Assembly: GCA_943356415.1 (NCBI GenBank)
Contig: CALREW010000001.1
Location: 16,528 to 80,527 of the forward strand
DNA length: 64,000 nucleotides
Origin: Candidatus Nomurabacteria bacterium
GTDB taxonomy: Bacteria > Patescibacteriota > Minisyncoccia > Phycocordibacterales > SBAW01
Direction of reading: 5' to 3'
The translations under genes were made by a program, and so were the position numbers. Below are positions 37,826 through 47,199 of this stretch, piece after piece. Numbering within the stretch: the first letter of the stretch is position 1; each line of letters starts with the position of its first letter. The notes beneath the pieces were generated by a model, which saw only the letters and a program-made list of their open reading frames with translations, had not been told where the DNA came from and did not search any database.

Positions 37826-38557
37826 ATGACGATACGCGTGATTTTGGCACCGCGTCCAGCCCGACAGGCCGTTGCCCGTTGGCTGGTGAAGGCCGGTGTC
37901 CCCGGCGTCAATTTCGAGCACCTCACCACGTTCAAGTCCGGTATCAAGTCGCCGTACTACATGGACTGCAGGCTGCTCCAGGCGTCGCCGGAAGCGAATA
38001 TCGAGGTCATCCGCAGCTACGCGGCGTTGATCGACGAGATGCGCACCGTCGCCAACTTCGACTACGACGCTATCGCCGGCATCCAGACGGGTGCGATCCC
38101 GTTTAGCTCGGTGCTGGCCTATGACGGGCAGTTCACATGCGGCAACGGCCGCGCAAGTCTCCCGTGCCCCCACTACTCCATCAAGAAGGAGGAGAAGGAT
38201 CACGGCAAGAAGGGACCCATCGATGGCGGCAGCCCGGTGGGCAAGAACGTGATCGTCGTCGAGGACATGATGACCACTAACGGCAGCTTGCTGCGTGGCG
38301 TCAACGCCCTGAAGACGGCCGGTGCCACGGTCGCTGGATGCGTTGCCATCATGAGCTACGACATCGACGGCGCGAACGAGAAATTCGTCGCGGAGGGCAT
38401 CCCGCTAGGGCTGCTCACCACACTCGATGACGTGCTGCTCGCGATGTTTGAGCAGAAGCAGATTGCCGACTGGCAGTACCGCGAGGTGATCAACTGGCAT
38501 GGCGACCCGCACAACTGGCACAAGCGGTACCAACCCAAGGTCGCCGTTTCCGCCTAA
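37826..38557 (+). CDS. pyrE: Orotate phosphoribosyltransferase
   Basis: KSGIKSPYYMDCR, KDHG, PRPP loop VIVVEDMMTTNGS. Confidence 0.9.
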   Translation: MTIRVILAPRPARQAVARWLVKAGVPGVNFEHLTTFKSGIKSPYYMDCRLLQASPEANIEVIRSYAALIDEMRTVANFDYDAIAGIQTGAIPFSSVLAYDGQFTCGNGRASLPCPHYSIKKEEKDHGKKGPIDGGSPVGKNVIVVEDMMTTNGSLLRGVNALKTAGATVAGCVAIMSYDIDGANEKFVAEGIPLGLLTTLDDVLLAMFEQKQIADWQYREVINWHGDPHNWHKRYQPKVAVSA

Positions 38558-38603
38558 GGGCGCAGAGCGATCATCAAGGTCGCCTATAAATAAACAAGGT
38601 CGG

Positions 38604-38630
38604 TGCCGGCGGGGCATATCCCCGCCGGCA
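38604..38630 (+). terminator. Hairpin after pyrE
   Basis: TGCCGGCGGGG...CCCCGCCGGCA. Confidence 0.55.
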
Positions 38631-38657
38631 ATCCGTTTCAGCTATACTACTAATGAC

Positions 38658-39695
38658 ATGAGTCAGGCCTCTCTGTATCGCAAATATCGCCCTGCAGAAT
38701 TTAAGGCTGTGCGCGGGCAAGAACATATAACGTCAGTTCTTGAAGCTGCGATAAAGAAAGGGAAGCCGGGGCACGCCTACCTTTTTGCTGGTCCTCGCGG
38801 TACGGGTAAGACATCCATGGCCCGCATTTTTGCTCGCGCCATTGGGACGGATGAAAAAGACCTTTACGAACTTGATGCCGCTTCACACACCGGCGTCGAC
38901 AACGTGCGCGAACTTTTAGATGGTGTTGCAACGAGACCGTTCGCATCGGAGTTTAAGGTCTACATCATCGACGAGGTGCACATGCTTTCGAAAGGTGCTT
39001 TTAACGCATTTTTGAAAACCCTAGAAGAGCCACCTCCTTTTGCACTATTCATTCTTGCAACAACGGAGCTTGGAAAAGTGCCGCAGACTATCCAGTCGCG
39101 TTGCCAAGTTTTTTCATTCAAGTCACCCACACGCGCTGACTTGCGTGCGATGGTAACGGACATTGCGAAACAAGAAGGAGCAACCATCGCACCCGCTGGT
39201 GCAGAGCTCGTGGCATTGATGGGAGATGGTTCGTATCGTGACACGCTGTCAATTTTGCAGAAAGTACTTACCGTCTCATCTGACAAAAAACTTTCAGAAG
39301 ACGAAGTGGCTGCGGTTGTTGGTGCACCTAAGTCGGCAACAGTTGGGATGTTTCTTTCAGCACTAGCCAAGCGAGATACTGAAGGAGCACTGTCTGCGCT
39401 CCACGAAGCACTTTCAAATGGAGCGGACGCTCAAACGTTTGTCATGTTGGCTATTGAACGAGCGCGGGCGATATTGCTACTTCGCTTTGGAGGCAAAGCT
39501 ATGAATGGGCAGGTGGCAGAACAATTTGGCGAAGATGAAGCTGAAACCCTTTTAAAGTTAGCGGGTAAAGATGGGGAGGCTATCAACTCAAAAACCCTCG
39601 CAGAACTTATCGGCGCGCGTATTGAGATGCAGCGCATGCCAGAGCCTGCGATCGCAATTGAATTAGCAGTATATCGACTTCTTGAAACAGTATGA
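38658..39695 (+). CDS. dnaX: DNA polymerase III gamma/tau
   Basis: LYRKYRP, GPRGTGKT, IIDEVHML, KTLEEPP, SRC. Confidence 0.95.
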   Translation: MSQASLYRKYRPAEFKAVRGQEHITSVLEAAIKKGKPGHAYLFAGPRGTGKTSMARIFARAIGTDEKDLYELDAASHTGVDNVRELLDGVATRPFASEFKVYIIDEVHMLSKGAFNAFLKTLEEPPPFALFILATTELGKVPQTIQSRCQVFSFKSPTRADLRAMVTDIAKQEGATIAPAGAELVALMGDGSYRDTLSILQKVLTVSSDKKLSEDEVAAVVGAPKSATVGMFLSALAKRDTEGALSALHEALSNGADAQTFVMLAIERARAILLLRFGGKAMNGQVAEQFGEDEAETLLKLAGKDGEAINSKTLAELIGARIEMQRMPEPAIAIELAVYRLLETV

Positions 39696-40366
39696 AGATG
39701 CACCCAGATACCGTGCAACGTGTATATCTCGTCCGTCACGGCAGCACCCCGGCAAATGAGACACGTTCGTTTCAAAATCACGAAACACCTCTTTCCGAAA
39801 CGGGTCTAGCACAAGCAGAACTTGTAGCCGAACGTTTTACGCGTATACCCATTGAAATTATTTTGGCGAGCACCATGAAGCGTGCGCAGCAGACTGCTCA
39901 TGCGATACAAAAAGCAACAGGAGTTGAACTAATCTCGTCAGATCTATTGATAGAGCATCTTAAACCTACCGTCGTGCAGGGCAAAGCGCATGATGATGTT
40001 GAAGCGCTTGCCTTGTGGGCAAAAGTTGGACCTGCATTTGGAACATCACAGAAACATAGTGATGAGGAAAATTTCGATGACCTCAAAGCGCGTGGCAAGA
40101 AGGCGATAGAACTTATACGTTCACGAAAGGAAATGCATGTGGCCGTTGTTTTGCACGGAACGTTTTTGAAGATGGTTCTGTGCCTTATGGAGTTCGGCGA
40201 CACGTTGACCGCCGACATGTTCATTCGGGCAGCTCATTTTTTTGGTATGACAAATACGGCGATAAGCATCGTTGACTACCTTCCTGGAATAACGCCAGAG
40301 TTGCCACACGACGAGAAAAGCGATTGGCATTCTCGGGTCATCAACGACTATGCGCACCTTGGGTAG
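39692..40366 (+). CDS. Histidine phosphatase family protein
   Basis: LVRHG, RAQQTA, VLHG. Confidence 0.88.
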   Translation: MKMHPDTVQRVYLVRHGSTPANETRSFQNHETPLSETGLAQAELVAERFTRIPIEIILASTMKRAQQTAHAIQKATGVELISSDLLIEHLKPTVVQGKAHDDVEALALWAKVGPAFGTSQKHSDEENFDDLKARGKKAIELIRSRKEMHVAVVLHGTFLKMVLCLMEFGDTLTADMFIRAAHFFGMTNTAISIVDYLPGITPELPHDEKSDWHSRVINDYAHLG

Positions 40367-40408
40367 CCCTCAGGCACCCTTTTCTGTTATCCTCAAACCG
40401 TTACCTAC

Positions 40409-40479
40409 TGGGGGATCGTCTAATGGTAGGACAGAGGCCTTTGAAGCCTTTAATCGGGGTTCGAATCCCTGTCCCCCAA
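40409..40479 (+). tRNA. tRNA-Gln(TTG)
   Basis: TGGGGGA/TCCCCCA acceptor; GAGGC-CTTTGAA-GCCTT. Confidence 0.93.
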
Positions 40480-40606
40480 CTCGAGATGTACGAAGTTCAG
40501 TGAGAGGTGGGGGACAGGGTAGGGAGGGGTCGGGAACCGTGTGATAGTTCCCGTGAAGGAAGGATTGGGAAAACCGTGGGTTTCCCAGCCCCGTGCACCC
40601 CCAACT
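40480..40606 (+). ncRNA. tRNA-3'-associated element (Gln copy, different core)
   Basis: Exact antisense TGGGGGACAGGG at 40508-40519; two hairpins; CCCCCAACT repeated at 40598-40606. Confidence 0.5.
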
Positions 40607-40645
40607 AGTTTAAGACAAGCCCGGACTCCAATAGATGATTAAAAT

Positions 40646-41002
40646 ATGGAATCAGAATCATTAAAACTTGCAAAGACTTTTCTCGGCAAAAAAGTTCATC
40701 TTAAATTCGATCAACCTGTCGGTTCTTCGTATAAACCACACAATATAGATAGTTACCCAATTAACTATGGGTATGTACCTGGAGTACCCGCTCCTGACGG
40801 AGATGACCTGGATGCCTATCTTCTCAACGTGTTTGAACCTCTTAAAGACGCAGACGGCGTATGCATCGCCATTATTCATAGAATAAATGACGATGACGAC
40901 AAGTTGATTGTTGTGCCTGAAGGGGCGCAATTGACCGATGAAGAAATTTTAAAGCAAGTCTCTTTCCAAGAGCATTTATACGAAGGTGTCGTTGTAAGAT
41001 AA
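40646..41002 (+). CDS. Small inorganic pyrophosphatase (family I-like)
   Basis: YPINYGY, DGDDLDAY, DDKLI. Confidence 0.85.
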   Translation: MESESLKLAKTFLGKKVHLKFDQPVGSSYKPHNIDSYPINYGYVPGVPAPDGDDLDAYLLNVFEPLKDADGVCIAIIHRINDDDDKLIVVPEGAQLTDEEILKQVSFQEHLYEGVVVR

Positions 41003-41018
41003 ATCTCACCGAGGAGCA

Positions 41019-41279
41019 ATGAAGCGCAGTTCAATCTACTTTCTCTATATTCTGGAGTGCAAAAATGGCTCTCTGTATACGGGCATTACCACCGATGTTG
41101 AGAGACGTTTTAAACAACACAAAGACGGAGTGGGCGGACACTACACGCGGTCTCAAGAAGTTGTTCGCATTGCGCATACTGAAACCTACCCCAATAGGTC
41201 AGCAGCTTTGAAGCGAGAGGCAGAAATCAAAAGGTGGCCTCGGCAGAAAAAATTAATCTTATTAAGGCAAGTACAGTAG
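41019..41279 (+). CDS. GIY-YIG nuclease (UPF0213-like)
   Basis: YILEC, LYTGIT, RFKQH, ALKREAEIK. Confidence 0.88.
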   Translation: MKRSSIYFLYILECKNGSLYTGITTDVERRFKQHKDGVGGHYTRSQEVVRIAHTETYPNRSAALKREAEIKRWPRQKKLILLRQVQ

Positions 41280-41283
41280 TTTT

Positions 41284-41604
41284 ATGAGCCAATTGATTTT
41301 TCTTTCACTTATTGGGGCCGCTGTTTTATTTGAAGTAATTGCAGACGTTCTATTTAAAGCGTCCCACTTACAAGGGAAGGCCGTACTTTTATACCTGGGT
41401 GTTGGACTTTACACGATAGGAACTATCATTTGGGCATATTCGCTCCGGTACGACTACCTCTCAAAAGCGATATCTATTTTTACGGTACTGAATTTAATCG
41501 CGGTCATTCTCGCAGGCGTTTTGATTTTTAATGAAGATCTCTCGATGATAAATAAAGCTGGAATTGGGCTCGGGATTATCAGTGTAATTCTTATGCAGCT
41601 ATAA
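41284..41604 (+). CDS. SMR/DMT-family small membrane transporter
   Basis: Four TM helices, Glu in TM1, 106 aa. Confidence 0.7.
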   Translation: MSQLIFLSLIGAAVLFEVIADVLFKASHLQGKAVLLYLGVGLYTIGTIIWAYSLRYDYLSKAISIFTVLNLIAVILAGVLIFNEDLSMINKAGIGLGIISVILMQL

Positions 41605-41612
41605 TCACTTCT

Positions 41613-42290
41613 ATGTCTAAGGCCGAAGCACTTTGGAAAGCCGCTCAACTGCCGCTCTTCGGCATTGCCGCACTCCTCGTGCTCTCTGGCCTCTGGTACC
41701 TGTTCGACTTACCACCGCAAGAGGAGCTTATCGTAATCATCAAAGGATATATCGCGCAGTACGGCTTGGTCCTGGTGTTTGTCGGTGCGTTTCTTGAGGC
41801 GTTGTTACTTATCAGTTGGTACTTCCCTGGAAGCCTCGTCATTTTTATTTCGATACTGCTTTCCCCAACGCCGCAGTACGCGGCACTTTCTGTTGCGGTA
41901 GTGACTGCCGCACTCTATTGCGGGTATGTCGTCAACTTTTTTCTTGGAAAATATGGCTGGTACAAAGTGTTACTCGCTTTTGGGATCAAGAAGAAGCTAG
42001 AGGAGGCTCAAAGTAAGATCGAACGATATGGCGTACGCACAATATTTCTAAGTTATTGGCATCCAGGACTAGCGTCTTTCACTTCTACGGCAGCTGGTAT
42101 TTTGCAATTCAATCTACGAAAATTTTTGATTCTTTCGCTTATTGCCACCGTCGTATGGGATAGCTTTTGGGGTGTCCTCGTCTACTCTCTAGGAGAGCGC
42201 GCTCTCGGCACCATACTTAGCTGGCCGTTTGTTATCGCCGTGGCTATCGTCTGGGTTGTGGCGCGTTACGTTGAAGAGCGTGCCCTTTAG
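41613..42290 (+). CDS. DedA family membrane protein
   Basis: FLE...FPGS, FFLGKYG, AAG. Confidence 0.8.
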   Translation: MSKAEALWKAAQLPLFGIAALLVLSGLWYLFDLPPQEELIVIIKGYIAQYGLVLVFVGAFLEALLLISWYFPGSLVIFISILLSPTPQYAALSVAVVTAALYCGYVVNFFLGKYGWYKVLLAFGIKKKLEEAQSKIERYGVRTIFLSYWHPGLASFTSTAAGILQFNLRKFLILSLIATVVWDSFWGVLVYSLGERALGTILSWPFVIAVAIVWVVARYVEERAL

Positions 42291-42319
42291 TTGTGGGTAA
42301 GAGGTGCTAAAATCGAGCC

Positions 42320-42679
42320 ATGTTTGTGTCCAAAGGTACCTATAGAATTGCTGCCACGTGCCTCGCCCTGCTTGTCGCTTTTGCTGTAGCGGGAGGAATG
42401 TTGGCGCACGCGGCTATCCCTCACCAGCACAGCCACGCTGGAGAGGGGACAGATATTGGCTGGCAGATTTTACATACGTCGCTTAGGCATGAAGATAAAA
42501 AATCTTTGCTCTCTGTAGCTGCAGATATTTTTGTACTGTTCTGTTTTGGATTTATAACGTCAAACCTTGCACGCATTTCCTTAGGCGTTGGAAGGTCGAG
42601 AAAGAGGTTGTCGCTCGATTTTGATCCACTTTTTGAATACCTGCGAAGCGGCACCGCTTTATATCGGAGGTTTGGATAA
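42320..42679 (+). CDS. His-rich small membrane protein upstream of the copper cluster
   Basis: N-terminal TM, HAAIPHQHSH, second hydrophobic segment. Confidence 0.55.
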   Translation: MFVSKGTYRIAATCLALLVAFAVAGGMLAHAAIPHQHSHAGEGTDIGWQILHTSLRHEDKKSLLSVAADIFVLFCFGFITSNLARISLGVGRSRKRLSLDFDPLFEYLRSGTALYRRFG

Positions 42680-42718
42680 ATGCGACTGGGCATTTATTAG
42701 AACCTTAGTACCGTAGTA

Positions 42719-43399
42719 ATGAAAAAACTTTTAGGTTTTGTTCCTGCACTTCTACTGTGCGCACTACCACTTGCGGCGAGCGCACATCAGCACGCATCGT
42801 TCCTTATCGGTGGCACGCAATATGACTTTGTTATTGGTTCGCTCAACGAGCCAGTCGCGGTCGACGATAAAACCGGTGTCGATTTCCGCGTCATGAGTGG
42901 AGGACACATGATGATGGCCGAAGATGGTGACATGGAAGCCATGGGCGGCACGGCTGCAGCTGGTCTCGAAAAAGATCTCAAAGTCGAGCTTATCGCTGGA
43001 GATAAGAAAAAAACGCTAGATCTCTCTCCGGTGTACAACACGCCAGGTTCGTACAAAGCGATGTTTATCCCGACGGTTGCAACAACCATCTCGTATCGTT
43101 TCTTTGGGACGATAAACAAAACACCGGTTGATATAACCTTTACGTGTCGCGCAGAAGGTGAGGACGCTGCACATGAAGGAGAAAAGGAAGTCTCTGCTGG
43201 CGTAAAACAACTCATGAAAGGTGGAGGTTTTGGTTGTCCTCAAAAGAAAGAAGCACTCGGTTTCCCTGAGGATGCTACACCTCTAGTATCAGTTGCCTCA
43301 ACAGCAAATAGTGCTTCGACAAAAGGTACGTGGGCGTTAGGTCTAGGAGTCGCAAGTCTGGTGCTCGGCGTGGTCGCGTTCATGCGTCGTAAGTCATAG
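42719..43399 (+). CDS. Secreted, C-terminally anchored protein with Met/His-rich loop
   Basis: Signal ending ASAH; GGHMMMAEDGDMEAMGG; C-terminal TM plus RRKS. Confidence 0.7.
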   Translation: MKKLLGFVPALLLCALPLAASAHQHASFLIGGTQYDFVIGSLNEPVAVDDKTGVDFRVMSGGHMMMAEDGDMEAMGGTAAAGLEKDLKVELIAGDKKKTLDLSPVYNTPGSYKAMFIPTVATTISYRFFGTINKTPVDITFTCRAEGEDAAHEGEKEVSAGVKQLMKGGGFGCPQKKEALGFPEDATPLVSVASTANSASTKGTWALGLGVASLVLGVVAFMRRKS

Positions 43400-43458
43400 G
43401 TTTTTTGACCGGTACGCCCGCGCGACGGAAGTTGCGCGGGATGTGCTCGGTCCCATAC

Positions 43459-46275
43459 ATGAACACCATTTTTAGAAACATTTCGTACGTGCTTTGTGTA
43501 GGGCTTTTTGTGCTGCCCGCTGTAGCGAGCGCTCACGCAACACCTATCGACTATTCGCCACGTTCATCCGCAACGGTTGATACGGTACCCACGAGTGTTC
43601 ATATCCGTTTTTCAGAACACATCGACGCGCATGCGAGTTCTATACGAATCAAAGGTCCCAGTGGCGCAGAGGTAGCAACTTCTGAGGCGCACACCAATGC
43701 AACAGATACGCAAGAGTTAGTTGTTCCCGTGCGGGACGATGGGGTAGGAACGTATCTTGTTTCGTGGAGTGTTGTCTCTGCCGATGACGGTCATTTTACG
43801 AAAGGAGCGTACCCATTTGCGGTTGGAAAAGGGATTGTCGCAAGCGATGCCGGAGCAGTTGACGCGGAGGTAGTTCAAATTGCGACGAAACCCGAGGCGC
43901 TTTCGATGACGGTGGAACTTATGGGCAACGGGTTTATCTTGGCTGCTCTACTTTTGTTTGCGATTGCTTTCCGCCCACTGTTGCGAAGAAGTAGTTTTGC
44001 CGGTGAACAACGCCCGATTGCACGGGGGTATGCGTTCTTCCTGTGGGGAGGCGTTTTGCTGGCGCTTGTTGGTGGAGCACTACAGCTACTCCTTAAGGCA
44101 AAAGAACTCGCGATTCTAAAACAAGTTGATCTCCTTGCCGCAATACCTATCTATCTAACCACTACGGCAGGTTCAGCAACGCTCTACCGAATGATGGCTG
44201 TTTTTGTTGTCGGCATCACGTTTTATGTTGGCAGACGGCGCATCATTTCTGCGGCAGGTATAACGGTATATGAACTGCTTATTGGAATAGCAATGGCATT
44301 TTTTGAATACTTCCGAGCAGTCGTTAGTCACGCGACGGCAAACCCATTCCACCCGCACTTCTCTGTTGCCATAAACTTCGTGCACCTCATTGAAAAAGAC
44401 TTGTGGGCAGGAGTGCTTGGAATTGTATTGGTACTTTCGCTTTCACGAAGTTTAAGAGAAATACTCTACGCGGTTATTCCACGGGTATTCACTATCCTGT
44501 CGGTTAATCTTGCCGCGGTTGCGGTGACGGCCTGCTACATCGTGTGGTTGCATCTAAAAAGTTTTGAGAATCTTCTTTCAACGACATGGGGGCACGCATG
44601 TATTTCGCTCCTCGTTGTTGCGTTGATTGTCGCCGCGCTTCGCATATACCACGTGTGTGCCCGAGTAAAATGGCCGAGTCTTTTTGTTCGCTTTGTACCA
44701 ATGACGCTTGCTGTCGAATGTGCCGCGGCACTGCTCGTTGTTTATTTTTCAAGTGCAATAATCATTACTTCGCCACCACTTTTGCAGCCTGACACTCACG
44801 TATTTTCGGCTACGAATCAAGGTGTGAAAGTACAACTACAGCGAGACCAGATTGAAGATGGCATGCTACTTCTGACTGCAGTCGGTGGAAGTGCTATACA
44901 AGAGCCCACAGTGACTCTTAAAAATGAAACAGAGACAATTTCTGTTTCTCTGCAGAAAAGGTTTGAAGGCGGGTATGTTTTTCCACTCGCGCTGTTAGCT
45001 GGAGATGTGTCAAACACCCTCCACGTTCAAGTGCCTCAAACTAAAGGCTATGACGCTGATGTTTTATTTACCGCTTCGCAGCACGACTTCACTCCACAAG
45101 TCGGATGGGAGCGCCATCGTTCGTTCGATACGTTTGCTATTGCGCTCACGATTATCGCCATACTCGGACTTCTCCTCGCTTACGCACTTTTGCGATTCTC
45201 GCGATACGAAGTATCTCTTCCTGCGCACCGGTGGAAATTTGCCGCCCCGCTCGCGGTGCCATTCTTTTTGATTGCCGCGCTTGTTCTAGGAAATGGCGCA
45301 GCTGCGGTTGCTGCATCGCCTATAGCGAATCCATTTAAGAGCGTCTGTGAAGCAGACGGCAATATGTGGCATTTGATGCAGCCGACTCGCGCAGGCGAAG
45401 CCTTATCGCAAACCGCTCGCGAAGGCTGCATGTGGGGAATGGGATCCTTTACCTACCTTTTTGCAGATAAACGTGAATATGACTACGCAAGCAGCTTTCC
45501 TGCGGCGAGAGTCACTCTTGCAACGGTGCCGGCAAAGCCAGTTGCAGGCATTCGCACAACATTTGCCGTTTCGCTCAAAAACGAAGATGGTACTCCTGCG
45601 ACGTTGTATGTAGATATGGAGAAGCTCCTCCATGTCGTTGTACTAAGTGAGGATCAAACGGTGTTTGCTCACATTCATCCTGACGACGAACATCCGCTCA
45701 CAGAAAAAGAGAAAGAAACATCAACCTTTACGCTTGCCTACACCTTTCCAAAAGCAGGGAAGTACCTTATCGCAGCTGATTACGCGCACGGCCTGACGCT
45801 TGAATCAAAACAATTTATCGTCGATGTTGCGGGCGCACCGGCACAAGCGAAGGAACCGGCCACGTACAAAGCCGAAGGTACGTTCGGTGGGTATCAAGTC
45901 TCGCTTAATTCGGGTGTGTCGTTGGCCGGAGAAGTAACGACGCTGCAATTCAAAGTTATGAAAGATGGAAAACCGGTCGAGAATCTCGAACCGTATCTTT
46001 CAGCGGCGATGCATATATCGGTAGTAAAAAATGACCTCAGTACATTCATCCATACTCACGGTGAAGTACACGCGCCAGGAACTCCGTATCCACCGATCAT
46101 AATCAAAAATGGAAACGTGCTGCATTCGATGGCTTCAATGGTGACGCCGATTCATTTTGGTCCAAATATCGAAGCGCATCTTATTTTCCCCCAGCCAGGT
46201 TTCTATACCGTATGGGCGCAATTCAAGGTTGATGGAGCAGTGATTCCATCCAGGTTCACCGTGCAGGTTGAGTAA
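43459..46275 (+). CDS. CopC-CopD-like copper protein with extra His-motif extracellular domains
   Basis: ASA|HA N-terminal His, W.VVSADDGH (CopC); about 8 TM with SHA and VHL (CopD); FAHIHP and FIHTH. Confidence 0.8.
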   Translation: MNTIFRNISYVLCVGLFVLPAVASAHATPIDYSPRSSATVDTVPTSVHIRFSEHIDAHASSIRIKGPSGAEVATSEAHTNATDTQELVVPVRDDGVGTYLVSWSVVSADDGHFTKGAYPFAVGKGIVASDAGAVDAEVVQIATKPEALSMTVELMGNGFILAALLLFAIAFRPLLRRSSFAGEQRPIARGYAFFLWGGVLLALVGGALQLLLKAKELAILKQVDLLAAIPIYLTTTAGSATLYRMMAVFVVGITFYVGRRRIISAAGITVYELLIGIAMAFFEYFRAVVSHATANPFHPHFSVAINFVHLIEKDLWAGVLGIVLVLSLSRSLREILYAVIPRVFTILSVNLAAVAVTACYIVWLHLKSFENLLSTTWGHACISLLVVALIVAALRIYHVCARVKWPSLFVRFVPMTLAVECAAALLVVYFSSAIIITSPPLLQPDTHVFSATNQGVKVQLQRDQIEDGMLLLTAVGGSAIQEPTVTLKNETETISVSLQKRFEGGYVFPLALLAGDVSNTLHVQVPQTKGYDADVLFTASQHDFTPQVGWERHRSFDTFAIALTIIAILGLLLAYALLRFSRYEVSLPAHRWKFAAPLAVPFFLIAALVLGNGAAAVAASPIANPFKSVCEADGNMWHLMQPTRAGEALSQTAREGCMWGMGSFTYLFADKREYDYASSFPAARVTLATVPAKPVAGIRTTFAVSLKNEDGTPATLYVDMEKLLHVVVLSEDQTVFAHIHPDDEHPLTEKEKETSTFTLAYTFPKAGKYLIAADYAHGLTLESKQFIVDVAGAPAQAKEPATYKAEGTFGGYQVSLNSGVSLAGEVTTLQFKVMKDGKPVENLEPYLSAAMHISVVKNDLSTFIHTHGEVHAPGTPYPPIIIKNGNVLHSMASMVTPIHFGPNIEAHLIFPQPGFYTVWAQFKVDGAVIPSRFTVQVE

Positions 46276-46309
46276 AAACGCGTCGGTTTAATTTTGCTAT
46301 AGTGGAGTT

Positions 46310-46891
46310 ATGGAGCGCGTAGGACTACGGCAAGGGATTTTATATGCAATTGCGCTTGGTGTTGTTGCGGTTGTGATATTTGGACTGCTCCACATGCGTC
46401 AGCCAAAGCCTGAGCAACTCAATACCTATTCCTCTGCCACTTACGGTTTTAGTGCTGCGTACCCAGAAGGTTTTGTGGTCAACGAAAACTATTCGTACAC
46501 TGGTTTTGGCGACGAAGGCACTGCTATTCCAGGCGTATCGTTTACAGTTCCTCCGCAATACGCGCAAGGAACAAACCTTTCTTCTGACAGTCACGTTTCG
46601 GTTGAGGTATATCGCGGTACAGGAACGACCTGTCGAGCTAAAGTATTTCTTGCTGGGGAACAAATCGATCCCAACGCACTCAACGCACAAGTGAATGGAG
46701 CTGGCGCCGGTAATTTTTATGAAGAAAGCGTTTACGCTATTGAAGGCTCCTCTCCATGCACTGCCGTTCGTTTCTTGATCCATAGCACAAACATCAACAA
46801 CTACCCTGAAGGTGCCGTACGCGAATTTAATAAGGCAGAAGTGTTGCAACTATTTGAAACGATTCGCCGTTCGGTAAAACTTACGCGGTAA
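46310..46891 (+). CDS. Hypothetical membrane-anchored protein (PsbP-like fold possible)
   Basis: N-terminal TM; TYSSATYGFSAAYP. Confidence 0.65.
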   Translation: MERVGLRQGILYAIALGVVAVVIFGLLHMRQPKPEQLNTYSSATYGFSAAYPEGFVVNENYSYTGFGDEGTAIPGVSFTVPPQYAQGTNLSSDSHVSVEVYRGTGTTCRAKVFLAGEQIDPNALNAQVNGAGAGNFYEESVYAIEGSSPCTAVRFLIHSTNINNYPEGAVREFNKAEVLQLFETIRRSVKLTR

Positions 46892-46893
46892 CT

Positions 46894-47136
46894 ATGCTTA
46901 CTCAAATTGGCCTCGTCATAATCCTCATTGCATGGGCGTATCAGTTTATGATGATGCTGAAGGGGATAGACGCAGCATCTCGGGCACCGCAACCGCTTTT
47001 CGCGGGGCTCTACTTGCTCGGTATCGCGCTATGCATCTATGAGGCGCTTAAGGGTGGAATGTACATGATCGGGTACCTTAACTTGGCAGTCTTTGTGGCG
47101 GCGCTCGCTGTTTTTGCGCAGTCATTCAAACGATAG
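46894..47136 (+). CDS. Small 3-TM membrane protein
   Basis: 80 aa, three hydrophobic segments. Confidence 0.6.
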   Translation: MLTQIGLVIILIAWAYQFMMMLKGIDAASRAPQPLFAGLYLLGIALCIYEALKGGMYMIGYLNLAVFVAALAVFAQSFKR

Positions 47137-47138
47137 GG

Positions 47139-47147
47139 TTATCCACA
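47139..47147 (+). promoter_or_regulatory. DnaA box consensus
   Basis: TTATCCACA, intergenic upstream of lexA. Confidence 0.45.
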
Positions 47148-47199
47148 GAATATGTGTATCAAGTGTATGTACTACCGATAAAGGTGGTATTTTATACAC

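Noticed and set aside
41019-41279. Second GIY-YIG gene as another inverted-repeat cassette
   Set aside because: No CCCGTTAGAAA/TTTCTAACGGG ends or flanking direct repeat seen.
47139-47147. Replication origin at the DnaA box
   Set aside because: Only one perfect box, no cluster, and no dnaA or dnaN nearby.
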